The position numbers were made by a program, and so were the translations under genes. Below, in pieces: positions 56,543-64,000 of a DNA stretch of 64,000 nt (positions within the stretch are counted from its first letter, which is position 1; the number at the start of each line of letters is the position of its first letter). Where the stretch lies: assembly GCA_963756625.1 (NCBI GenBank), contig CAVWNQ010000003.1:332102-396101 (forward strand). The letters run 5' to 3'. This stretch comes from an uncultured Acidimicrobiaceae bacterium. GTDB taxonomy: Bacteria > Actinomycetota > Acidimicrobiia > Acidimicrobiales > RAAP-2. Below the pieces are notes generated by a model. The model did no database searches and was not told where the DNA came from. It saw only the letters and a list, made by a program, of their open reading frames with translations.

Positions 56543-57214
56543 ATGAGTGTTCATAGCTGGTTCTTCGCCGCCACCTACGACCGCCAGATGCGCAATACCG
56601 AGAAGGCGGGACTCACGGAGATGCGCAGGAAGTTGGTCTCCCAGGCCACCGGCACGGTCCTCGAGATCGGCGGCGGCACGGGGGCGAGCCTCGCCCACTA
56701 CCAGCCTGCCGTCAGGTCGCTGACCGTCACCGAGCCCGATGCCTCGATGCTCAAGCGGCTCGAGCGCCGGGTGAGCGCCCAGGCGCCCTCGGCGATGGTC
56801 CTGCGTGCCCCAGCCGAGGACCTGCCTTTCGAGGACGACACCTTCGACGTGGTCGTCTCCGCCTTGGTGCTCTGTGGCGTCGACGACCAACCCCGCGCCG
56901 TCCGCGAGATCCGACGCGTCCTGCGCCCCGGCGGCCGGTTCCTCTTCCTGGAGCACTTGCGTGCTGCCGACCTTGCCGTCGCGAAGAAGCAGGACCGGAT
57001 GAACTGGTTGAACCGGGTCGTCGTGTGCTGTGACTGCAACCGGCCGACGCTCGACACCATTGAGCGTTCCGGGTTCCGTTTCATCGAAGTGGAGCACACC
57101 GAGCTGCCGAAGACTCCCAGCTTCGTGCGCCCGGCCGTCGTCGGCATAGCGATCCCGTCCAATTCGACCGGGCCCAACGCGTCACCTCACCAGTCCGTCA
57201 AGACCCCCCTCTAA
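56543..57214 (+). CDS. Class I SAM-dependent methyltransferase
   Basis: GAGGAGG RBS. ...VLEIGGGTGASL (motif I) ...FDVVVSALVLCGVDD...LRPGGRFLFLEH. Confidence 0.8.
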   Translation: MSVHSWFFAATYDRQMRNTEKAGLTEMRRKLVSQATGTVLEIGGGTGASLAHYQPAVRSLTVTEPDASMLKRLERRVSAQAPSAMVLRAPAEDLPFEDDTFDVVVSALVLCGVDDQPRAVREIRRVLRPGGRFLFLEHLRAADLAVAKKQDRMNWLNRVVVCCDCNRPTLDTIERSGFRFIEVEHTELPKTPSFVRPAVVGIAIPSNSTGPNASPHQSVKTPL

Positions 57215-57231
57215 ATGAAAGGACCACAATC

Positions 57232-57603
57232 GTGCCCAAACTCTCAAAGCAGAGTGCCTCGCTCGTCGAGGACTTCGGCGTCGCTGAGGACCGCCACGAT
57301 GATCTCGACGGCTTCACCGTCAATTTCGTGACGATCCGTCAGGACCATGACCTCGCCCCGATGCTGAGCGGCCTTCCCGGCGGGAACTGCTCCTGCCCGC
57401 ACTGGGGCTACGTGTTCAAGGGTCGGCTGACCATCCGCTATGTCGACCACGAGGAGACCGTCGAGGCCGGTGAGGCTTTCTATATGCCGGCGGGTCACGC
57501 CCCCGCCGCCGAAGCGGGAACCGAGTTGGTCCAGTTCAGCCCCGCCGAGCAAATGGCTGCCACCACCGAGGCCATCAAGAAGGCGATGGCCGACAGTGCG
57601 TGA
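57232..57603 (+). CDS. Cupin-domain protein
   Basis: 123 aa; ...CPHWGYVFKGRLTIRYVDHEETVEAGEAFYMPAGHAP. Confidence 0.6.
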   Translation: MPKLSKQSASLVEDFGVAEDRHDDLDGFTVNFVTIRQDHDLAPMLSGLPGGNCSCPHWGYVFKGRLTIRYVDHEETVEAGEAFYMPAGHAPAAEAGTELVQFSPAEQMAATTEAIKKAMADSA

Positions 57604-58055
57604 TCCACGACCACGCCGACGCTGTCATCGAAGGTAATCCTCGGGTGATCTTCGAGACCATCACCGACATCGAGCGCTTGCCCGAGTGGACCGGTGCCAT
57701 CGAGCAAGTGATCGACCGACCCGCCGAAATGACCGCCGGTGCGGCATAGACCGTCGAGATCCACCCGGCACGCCTGATGCGATGGAAGCCTCTCCACGCT
57801 GCTGGGCTTTGACTCAGCAGGCATGCGCTTTTCCTACCGAACCGTCAACGCCGATGGGAATCCTTCTACACCTTGTGGTCGTGGGAGCTCACGCCGAGGC
57901 CGCCCGGAGTCGAGGTGTCAGTCCGGTGGGACGTCTATCTCGAGACCCTGTACCGGCGGCTCTTCGCCGGGCCGATTCGGGGGCGCCAGTTGCGCAAAGA
58001 GGTGGCCGCCTCGCTCGCAATGCTCACCACGCTGGTTTGCGGCACTCCCACGTAG
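57600..58055 (+). pseudogene. SRPBCC/polyketide-cyclase-like gene with an in-frame TAG and frame breaks
   Basis: VIHDHADAVIEGNPRVIFETITDIERLPEWTGAIEQVIDRPAEMTAGAA-TAG(57748)-TVEIHPARLMRWK..., then a shift to MRFSYRTVNADGNPS, then a shift to TLWSWELTPRPPGVEVSVRWDVYLETLYRRLFAGPIRGRQLRKEV. Confidence 0.6.
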
Positions 58056-58204
58056 ATCTCCGGTGATGCCCCCACTCCACCGAGGAACTCCCCAGGAGGC
58101 TCCATCTAGACGAGGCGGATTGGGGCCCCGGAGGGTACGGTGATCGCGGGCGACACCTACGGACGAATGGTGTGTCTAGCCCATCAAAAAGGAGGTCACC
58201 TCGC

Positions 58205-58477
58205 GTGATTGGGGTTTACATCGTTACCAAGAACATGACCGTTGAGCAGCACAGCAAGGGGCGTGAACGTCTTCGTGAGGCAGGGGCTCCTGAAAGCGCC
58301 ATGAAACTCCACTCATGTTTCGGAGAAGATGGCCAGCTTCAGGTCTTTGACGTCTGGGATAGTCAGGAGGCGTTCGACAAGTTCCTGACCTACCTCGGGC
58401 CGGTCATGGAGGAGCTGGGTATCGAGCTGGCACAGCCGCCCGCCATCATGCCGATGGTCGATCTCGTCCAGCAATAG
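58205..58477 (+). CDS. Small hypothetical protein (about 90 aa, alpha/beta-barrel-like)
   Basis: AAGGAGG RBS, then VIGVYIVTKNMTVEQHSKGRERLREAGAPESAMKLHSCFGEDGQLQVFDVWDSQEAFDKFLTYLGPVMEELG. Confidence 0.5.
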   Translation: MIGVYIVTKNMTVEQHSKGRERLREAGAPESAMKLHSCFGEDGQLQVFDVWDSQEAFDKFLTYLGPVMEELGIELAQPPAIMPMVDLVQQ

Positions 58478-58764
58478 CGGCTGAAGGTCATGAGTCTACG
58501 CTGGTAACTGGTGGCGGAAACCCGCTTCCCGAGCCGTTTACCCGGTGCCCGTCTCATGGCGTAACCGGCGGTGGGCATGACGGAAGACAAGCAGCGGTCA
58601 AGCGGCGGCCGCTGGCCCGCGTAGCGGATCCGTGAGGGCTGCGCCGGGAGACCGCGGCCATCGGAGCTGGAGGCCCGTGGGGCGTGAAACCGAACGTCCG
58701 CTCCTGACGGGCCTGAAGGGTAGAAGGCTTTGCAGACATCCCCTCCATGCCCCGGTGCGCTGCC

Positions 58765-58905
58765 AAGGCGTCGATCGGGCGCGCGGAGGTCCACTTCTTC
58801 GACCTGCGGGGCGCAGGGCTCGTGTGGGCCGCGACCCAGGGCGCCACGACTCGTGAGTTGATGGCGCAAGTCGGCCACGCGAGTCCGGCTGCCGCGTTGC
58901 GCTAC
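58765..58905 (+). pseudogene. Tyrosine recombinase/integrase C-terminal relic (copy A)
   Basis: IGRAEVHFFDLRGAGLVWAATQGATTRELMAQVGHASPAAALRYQ corresponds to the HDLRH...G.......GH.S...AL.Y catalytic C-terminus. There is no N-terminal part. Confidence 0.7.
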
Positions 58906-59162
58906 CAGCTGCTGATCACAATTGAATTGGCCGGTCCACATGGATCGGCCTCGATGCTCTGCGCGAGCCCCGCTGGCGTCACTGAGAAACCCAGGTGGAC
59001 ACGCACGTTATCCGGCACTGTCCTTTTTGATAACCGTGTCGGGTAGCAACGTCGTCCCCGCATGAAGTGAATGTGGGGTGTACGGTCTCGGTGAGGGCTC
59101 GACGACAGGGTCCGCGTCATTGACGACGCCTTGGCAAGACGCCGCCAAGGAAGGACGACGTC

Positions 59163-59888
59163 ATGGCTACGACCATCGTTGATGCAGGGACTTCAGGGGC
59201 GACCACGCGGGCCGCACCTGGCTGGGAGCGGTATGCCTGGCTGGCGGGGATCGTCTTCGTTCTTGCCGTCATGGCGGAGTCGGCGATTGGACTCGGGGTC
59301 GGCATCAACCAGAACGACTCGGCCGCGAAGATCGCGAACACGCTCGCCGATCATAGGAACCGACTGGTCGTGGTCGAGGGCTTTTGTGTCGTCTACGCCG
59401 CCATGTTTCCGATCTACCTGTGGAAGCTGTACGACCGTCTCCTGCACACGGATGCCGAGGGCTCGGGTGCCCTCGGCTCCTTGCTGCTGACCGGTGGCGT
59501 GCTTTTTGTCGCTCTTCACGCGGTCAGCGACATCGGGATCTATGGCGTGCTCGACGGGAAGCTCGCGACGTTCGGTGCGCAACACGACCACAGTGTCTCC
59601 TACACGCTGTACCTGTTGACCTACGCCGTGGACAGCGTCGCAGACGTCTTCGGCGGTCTCTTCGCGTTCGCTGCTGGGGTGCTCGTGTTCAGGAGTGGAG
59701 TCTTGCCGCGGTGGCTTGGGTGGGTCTCGATCCTCGCCGCGCCCCTGCTCTTTCTGCAGGCCTTCGGCCTCGGCGGTGTGATCGCATCGTTTGGCCTGGT
59801 TCTCGACCTGATCGGATTCGTACTGCTCCTGCTCTTCGTCCTGGTGAGCAGCGTCATCCTTTTGAGGCGGGAGAGCGCGGCTCGGTGA
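59163..59888 (+). CDS. DUF4386-like membrane protein
   Basis: GGAAGGA RBS; 241 aa intact with six hydrophobic helices. Same architecture as 49342-50050. Confidence 0.55.
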   Translation: MATTIVDAGTSGATTRAAPGWERYAWLAGIVFVLAVMAESAIGLGVGINQNDSAAKIANTLADHRNRLVVVEGFCVVYAAMFPIYLWKLYDRLLHTDAEGSGALGSLLLTGGVLFVALHAVSDIGIYGVLDGKLATFGAQHDHSVSYTLYLLTYAVDSVADVFGGLFAFAAGVLVFRSGVLPRWLGWVSILAAPLLFLQAFGLGGVIASFGLVLDLIGFVLLLLFVLVSSVILLRRESAAR

Positions 59889-60196
59889 CGCCGGCGAAGC
59901 GACTGGTCAGCTCCGCGACTCCCGATGGCACCGGGAAGCTGATCGGGGAGGTCTTGAAGCCTCTGTAGCGCTCGTTGCCGCTGCTCACCTTTTTGATCAT
60001 GCCGAGACTGAGCGATTGCTACGCCACTGGCTGTACGGACAACACTGATCGCGTACTCCGCGAAGCAAGGTCCACAAAGGAGTCACCTTCATCGAATCTG
60101 CAGTTCACTTCAACGTGAAGTGCCGGTAGGGAGCCGTCGCCAGCGTGTCGCAGACCCGGTGTTCGGGGCAGGTCGTCAGCTCGTCCGTAGGATCCG

Positions 60197-60853
60197 TCAT
60201 CGGCGTGTGAAGGTCAGGTGGGTGACGCCGCTCGGTGACGAGACTGCCTCGACGGTGTAGCGCTCCTCGAGGCCTTCGACGCCGTCCCAGAGGCGAGTGC
60301 CGCGGCCGAGCAGAATCGGAACCTGCACGACATGGAGGGTGTCGATGAGGTCGGCGGCGAGGAAGTCGCGGACGACCGTCGGGCCACCGCCGATGCGCAC
60401 GTCGAGGTCACCGGCGGCCTCCCGGGCGAGGTCAAGTGCCTCCTGCGGAGAGGCGTCGACGAAGTGGAACACGGTGCCGCCCTCCATCTCGATCGGCGGG
60501 CGCGCGTGGTGCGTCAGCACGAACACCGGCGTGTGGAACGGCGGGTTCGGCCCCCACCAGCCCCGCCATTCGTCCTCGGTGCCGACATCGGTCCACGGGC
60601 CGGTCTGCGGACCGAACTTGCCCCGGCCCATGATCTCCGCACCGAACCCGAGCTCGATCCGTTCGGCGAACGAATGGTCGACACCGACGGTGCCACCGGC
60701 ATCGCCGACCATCGAGCGCCAGAAGCGGGTGGCGAAATACCACTCGTGCAAGCGATGGCCGGCGTGGCCGAACGGGGCGTCGAACGTGATGCCCTCGCCG
60801 GTCCCGAACCCGTCCAGGGAGATCGAGAAGTTGTGGACACGGACTTGGGACAT
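60197..60853 (-). CDS. Dihydrofolate-reductase-like protein (RibD C-terminal domain family)
   Basis: MSQVRVHNFSISLDGFGTGEG...IMGRGKFGP...VFVLTHHARPPIEMEGGTVFHFV...LIDTLHVVQVPILLGRGTRLW. Confidence 0.8.
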   Translation of the reverse strand: MSQVRVHNFSISLDGFGTGEGITFDAPFGHAGHRLHEWYFATRFWRSMVGDAGGTVGVDHSFAERIELGFGAEIMGRGKFGPQTGPWTDVGTEDEWRGWWGPNPPFHTPVFVLTHHARPPIEMEGGTVFHFVDASPQEALDLAREAAGDLDVRIGGGPTVVRDFLAADLIDTLHVVQVPILLGRGTRLWDGVEGLEERYTVEAVSSPSGVTHLTFTRR

Positions 60854-60950
60854 GGCGGCCTCCGAAGCGTTGGGTAATGGCGATGTGCAACTGGTTGACG
60901 CTACCTAGCCAAAGCACTGGCCGAGCGTAAGCAATTTGGGGGACCGTGTC

Positions 60951-61260
60951 ATGGACACCGCCCCACGGTCAGGATGTGCGATCAACGGCGCCGTAAAGGT
61001 GCTCGGCGACGCTCGTGCTGCGCGACATTGAGTTCGGCAACCGCCGCTACTTCCGCGAGCTGGTCGCCGGCTCCGAGGAGCATCGCCACCAACATCCTCG
61101 CCAGCCGCCTCACACAGCTCGTGGCCGCCGGACTGCTCACCCACGACCCCGCCCGCCGCGGGCAGCGGGCGGCGTACTCGCTCACCGACGCGTGCATCCA
61201 GGTGCTTCCGGTCATGGTCGCGCTCGTCAACTGGGGCCTAGCGTTCCACGACCGTGCTGA
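60951..61260 (+). pseudogene. HxlR-family HTH regulator, frame-broken; the 3' end reads through into the integrase relic
   Basis: MDTAPRSGCAINGAVKVLGD / LVLLRDIEFGNRRYFRELVAGSEE / IATNILASRLTQLVAAGLLTHDPARRGQRAAYSLTDACIQVLPVMVALVNWG. Divergent from the RibD_C gene, which is the usual pairing. Confidence 0.65.
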
Positions 61261-61309
61261 AGAGTGGCAGGTTCCGCCGGCGTCCCCTGCACGCTGTCTG
61301 TGCATCGCC

Positions 61310-61576
61310 AGAGAGTCGATCGGGCGTCCCGAAGTCCGCTTTCACGACCTGCGGCGAGCGGGCCTCACGTGGGCCGCGACAAGGCGCCACGACTCGAGAA
61401 TTAATGGCACGGGCTGGGCAGCGCGAGTCCGGCTGCAGCCCTGCGCCACCAACACGCAGTCGCCGACTGTGATGTCGTCGCGATCGCCAAAGCGCCTCGG
61501 GGCGCCGAGACGTCTCGTGCCGCGAATCCCGCGGGAAATTCGCAGGATGAGGATGACGAGCCCGACGATGCGATGA
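61310..61576 (+). pseudogene. Tyrosine recombinase/integrase C-terminal relic (copy B), frame-broken
   Basis: IGRPEVRFHDLRRAGLTWAAT / GATTRELMARAG / SPAAALRHQHAVADCDVVAIAKRLG. At nucleotide level it is clearly related to 58771-58900. Confidence 0.7.
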
Positions 61577-61611
61577 ACGACGTCGTGGCGCTGAACAGCA
61601 AGAACGAAGAG

Positions 61612-61657
61612 AGCGGCCGACCGGGATCGAACCGGCATCATCAGCTTGGAAGGGTGA
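61612..61657 (-). other. 3' half of a tRNA-Gly(UCC) gene (anticodon arm to discriminator); no 5' half, so an att-like remnant
   Basis: The minus strand reads TCACC-CTTCCAA-GCTGA-TGAT-GCCGG-TTCGATC-CCGGT-CGGCCGC-T. No GCGGCCG acceptor partner or D-arm is found upstream. Confidence 0.6.
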
Positions 61658-61820
61658 AAAAGCCGGACGAGCCCGAACACTCGTGAACTGTTCCGACAGG
61701 TCGGAGCAGTGCGTGAACGGAGGCGGATTGGCCTGAATGTCGGCGTCCGCGGGATATTCGCGGGATGAAAATTGCCAATCGCCGGGGATGGCAGGACGAC
61801 GCCGGCGCGGCGGTCCCACA

Positions 61821-62822
61821 GTGATCCGCTGGGGCGTCGTCGGTCCGGGCATCATCGCCACGGGATTCGCCGAGGCGATGCAGTGGGTCGACGGAGGATC
61901 CATCACAGCGGTGGCCTCGCGGTCAGCGAAGCGTGCTGAGGCCTTCGCTGACCGGTTCGACATCCCGACCCGTTACGGCGACTACGAGGCGTTGGCGGCC
62001 GACCCCGACGTCGACGCGGCGTACGTGGCCACCCCGCATTCGCGCCACGAGGTTGACACACTTGCCCTGCTGCAGGCGGGCAAGCACGTCCTGTGCGAGA
62101 AGCCGTTCGCCCTCAACGCGGAGCAGGCGGCACGCATGGCGGCCGAGGCGCGGAGCAGGGGATTGTTCTTGATGGAGGCCATCTGGAGCCGCTTCCTCCC
62201 CGCGTACCGCTCCCTCGTGGACGTCATAGGCGCGGGTCGCATCGGCGAGCCACTGCTGGTGGAGGGGGACTTCGGGTTCCGCCGCCCGGTGGATCCCACG
62301 CACCGGCACTTCGCGGCCGAGCTCGGTGGCGGCGCGCTCCTCGACCTCGGGATCTATCCCCTGCAGCTGTGCACGCTCGTGCTCGGGCCGGTCGAGCGCG
62401 TCGTGGCGGACGGGGTCGTCGGGGAGACCGGCGTCGACGAGGTCGTCACCGCCCTTACGCATCATCCGGCGGGCCGGTTAGGCGTGGTCAAGGCGGCCAT
62501 CCGCGTGAACATGACGTGCACGGCACGCATCTCGGGAACCGACGGCGTGATCGACCTCCCCGCCATGATGCACTGTCCTGACTCCCTGACCGTGTCGAGC
62601 CCTTCCGGCGTGGAGCGCATCGATGCGTCCTACGAGGGGAACGGCCTCCGGTTCGAGATCGACGAGGTGCATCGCTGCCTCGAAGCGGGGCGCACCGAGA
62701 GCACGGTGGTCTCCTTGGACGAGTCGATCGCGCTGGCCACGACGCTCGACGCCATCCGGGCCGAGCTCGGCGTGGTGTACCCCGGCGAGGAGGCCGGGCC
62801 GACCCCTCAGCGCAGCCGGTAG
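61821..62822 (+). CDS. Gfo/Idh/MocA family oxidoreductase
   Basis: VIRWGVVGPGIIATGFAEAM..., VLCEKPFALN (EKP motif); GTG start. Confidence 0.85.
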   Translation: MIRWGVVGPGIIATGFAEAMQWVDGGSITAVASRSAKRAEAFADRFDIPTRYGDYEALAADPDVDAAYVATPHSRHEVDTLALLQAGKHVLCEKPFALNAEQAARMAAEARSRGLFLMEAIWSRFLPAYRSLVDVIGAGRIGEPLLVEGDFGFRRPVDPTHRHFAAELGGGALLDLGIYPLQLCTLVLGPVERVVADGVVGETGVDEVVTALTHHPAGRLGVVKAAIRVNMTCTARISGTDGVIDLPAMMHCPDSLTVSSPSGVERIDASYEGNGLRFEIDEVHRCLEAGRTESTVVSLDESIALATTLDAIRAELGVVYPGEEAGPTPQRSR

Positions 62823-64000
62823 AGCACCTCGCCGGCGTCGGGCACGACCAGGGTGTCGGGGTCGGCGGCCCACCCGGCGACGTCGACTTGGCCCGGAGCG
62901 AGGAAGCCCAGGTTCGCCTGCCGCACGCCAGCTTCGGAAATCCCGGTCGCAAGCGTGACCCTGACGCGCTGGCGCTCGGTGACGCCGTCGAAGGTTCCCG
63001 CTCCGTACAGGTGGGTGGCGTGCGCCAGCTCGCCCCACGGCTCGTCTCGGTAGCGGTCCCACTGCGCAAGGAAGAAGTCGCGGCAGTGGTACCCGATCTC
63101 CATGAGGCGCGGGTGCATGGCCGCGATCTCGGTGATGTGGGGCGCGTACAGCACGACCTCACCACCGTCGGCGACGACCGGCTCCACCTTGTAGAAGCCC
63201 TTGGCCCCCGTCCAGAGGTCGGGATAGCGATCGGGGACGACCGAGAGCACCCGCTGCACCGGGTGGTCGAGGTAGCGGACGTGCGTCTCGGCTGCCACCT
63301 CCGCCGCGGCAGCCCAAGCGCCAGGCGGGTCCCCGAACGACAGCGACTTCAGCCCCCCGCTTGCGTGGTCTACCACGACGCAGAGCGCGTGGCGCTCGCC
63401 CGGGACGAGGTCCGCGGCCGCGTCGACGAGCGCGCGTACCGGTGTGATGCCGCGCCGGCCGATGATGGCGCTGCTCGTGATCAGCGCGCCGAGCCAGTGC
63501 GTGACGTCGATCATCTCCTGACCGGACAGACCGGGGAAGAGATACTTGTTCCCTCCCGAGAACCCGATCACCTCGTGCGGCAGCACGGGGCCCACGAGCA
63601 GCGTCACGTCGCTCTGGACAGCGAGCCGGTTCACCCGTACGTCGATCGGGTCATGGAGCCGGCCTTCCGAGAGCTCGGTGACGAGGCGTGCCGGTAGGGC
63701 TCCGATCGGTGCGAAGGTCTCGTCGTCCCACCACGCGTGGTTGCGGACGGGAAAGGAGACCGGCCCGACCAGCGCCGCGATGGCTTCGTCGGACATGGGC
63801 GCATGGGTGCCGAGGGCGATCACCGCAGTGACGTCGCCGGCGCGTCCGCCGACACCGTCCTCGACGGCCCGTAGGAGGAGTGGCAGTGGGCAGTTCCTGG
63901 TCCCGTCGGGAACGACCACGCACAGCGAGCGTCCGGTGAGGTCCAGCGCCGCCACCTGGCTGCGCACGAACGAGCCCACCTCCTCGGGTGAGAGCAGCTG
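62807..64000 (-). CDS. LarA-like nickel-dependent racemase/epimerase (DUF2088); the 5' end probably lies beyond the window edge
   Basis: VVVPDGTRNCPLP, IALGTHAPM, PHEVIGFSGGNKYLFPG. The frame stays open upstream of M at 63979 to the end of the window. 16-nt convergent overlap with the oxidoreductase. Confidence 0.75.
   Translation of the reverse strand, partial: QLLSPEEVGSFVRSQVAALDLTGRSLCVVVPDGTRNCPLPLLLRAVEDGVGGRAGDVTAVIALGTHAPMSDEAIAALVGPVSFPVRNHAWWDDETFAPIGALPARLVTELSEGRLHDPIDVRVNRLAVQSDVTLLVGPVLPHEVIGFSGGNKYLFPGLSGQEMIDVTHWLGALITSSAIIGRRGITPVRALVDAAADLVPGERHALCVVVDHASGGLKSLSFGDPPGAWAAAAEVAAETHVRYLDHPVQRVLSVVPDRYPDLWTGAKGFYKVEPVVADGGEVVLYAPHITEIAAMHPRLMEIGYHCRDFFLAQWDRYRDEPWGELAHATHLYGAGTFDGVTERQRVRVTLATGISEAGVRQANLGFLAPGQVDVAGWAADPDTLVVPDAGEVLYRLR

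Larger units (their letters stand above)
31690..61660. mobile_element. Lower-GC mosaic block: probable ancient, decayed integrated genomic island
   Basis: GC drops by eye after 31.7 kb and recovers after 61.7 kb. The block contains an ISL3 relic, two integrase relics, gene fragments and a tRNA-Gly 3' half at its right edge. Confidence 0.5.

Noticed and set aside
61560-61720. A complete tRNA gene on the minus strand
   Set aside because: The T-arm, acceptor 3' strand and anticodon loop are present. The 26 nt where the acceptor 5' strand and D-arm should be (CGAGTGTTCGGGCTCGTCCGGCTTTT) cannot pair with CGGCCGC and has no D-loop signature. It is therefore kept only as a 3' half.
1-64000. CRISPR arrays, rRNA genes, prophage structural modules, recognised defence systems (RM, Abi, CBASS, TA with known families) or biosynthetic gene clusters
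   Set aside because: I found no direct-repeat/spacer periodicity, no rRNA-like conserved blocks, and no capsid, terminase or tail signatures. I also saw no nuclease, helicase or methylase sets beyond the single RecB-family gene, and no PKS, NRPS or terpene synthase motifs by eye. A profile-based scan could still find what manual reading missed.

Overview
High-GC actinobacterial-type chromosomal window: GTG/TTG starts, a twin-arginine signal peptide, an F420/LLM-type enzyme, and many 4-nt ATGA/GTGA gene overlaps. It falls into three parts. (i) 1-13.1 kb holds purK, an LLM oxidoreductase, a DsbA-like protein, PAP2, a RecB-family nuclease, a GNAT, a thioesterase and an Atu/Liu-type acyl-CoA carboxylase cluster. 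Nearly every gene here is readable only after 1-nt frame corrections. (ii) 13.1-31.7 kb holds mostly intact genes: ADH, clpS, MFS+GNAT, ABC-F, an orphan solute-binding protein, a peroxiredoxin, a secreted GH16, an ArsR-SRPBCC pair, PadR plus a MacB-type ABC exporter, and sulfotransferase plus DUF1214. (iii) About 31.7-61.7 kb is a visibly lower-GC mosaic block. It carries assorted metabolic genes, cell-envelope glycan genes, a degenerate-HD-GYP/LuxR regulator, an ISL3 transposase relic and several gene fragments. Two tyrosine-integrase C-terminal relics and a 3' half of tRNA-Gly(UCC) sit at its right edge. I read this block as an old, decayed integrated island. The high-GC core resumes with a Gfo/Idh/MocA oxidoreductase and a LarA-like gene. 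I saw no rRNA, intact tRNA or CRISPR array. I did not recognise a complete defence or biosynthetic system; the most unusual items are listed as findings. All calls come from reading translations by eye, with no database search.
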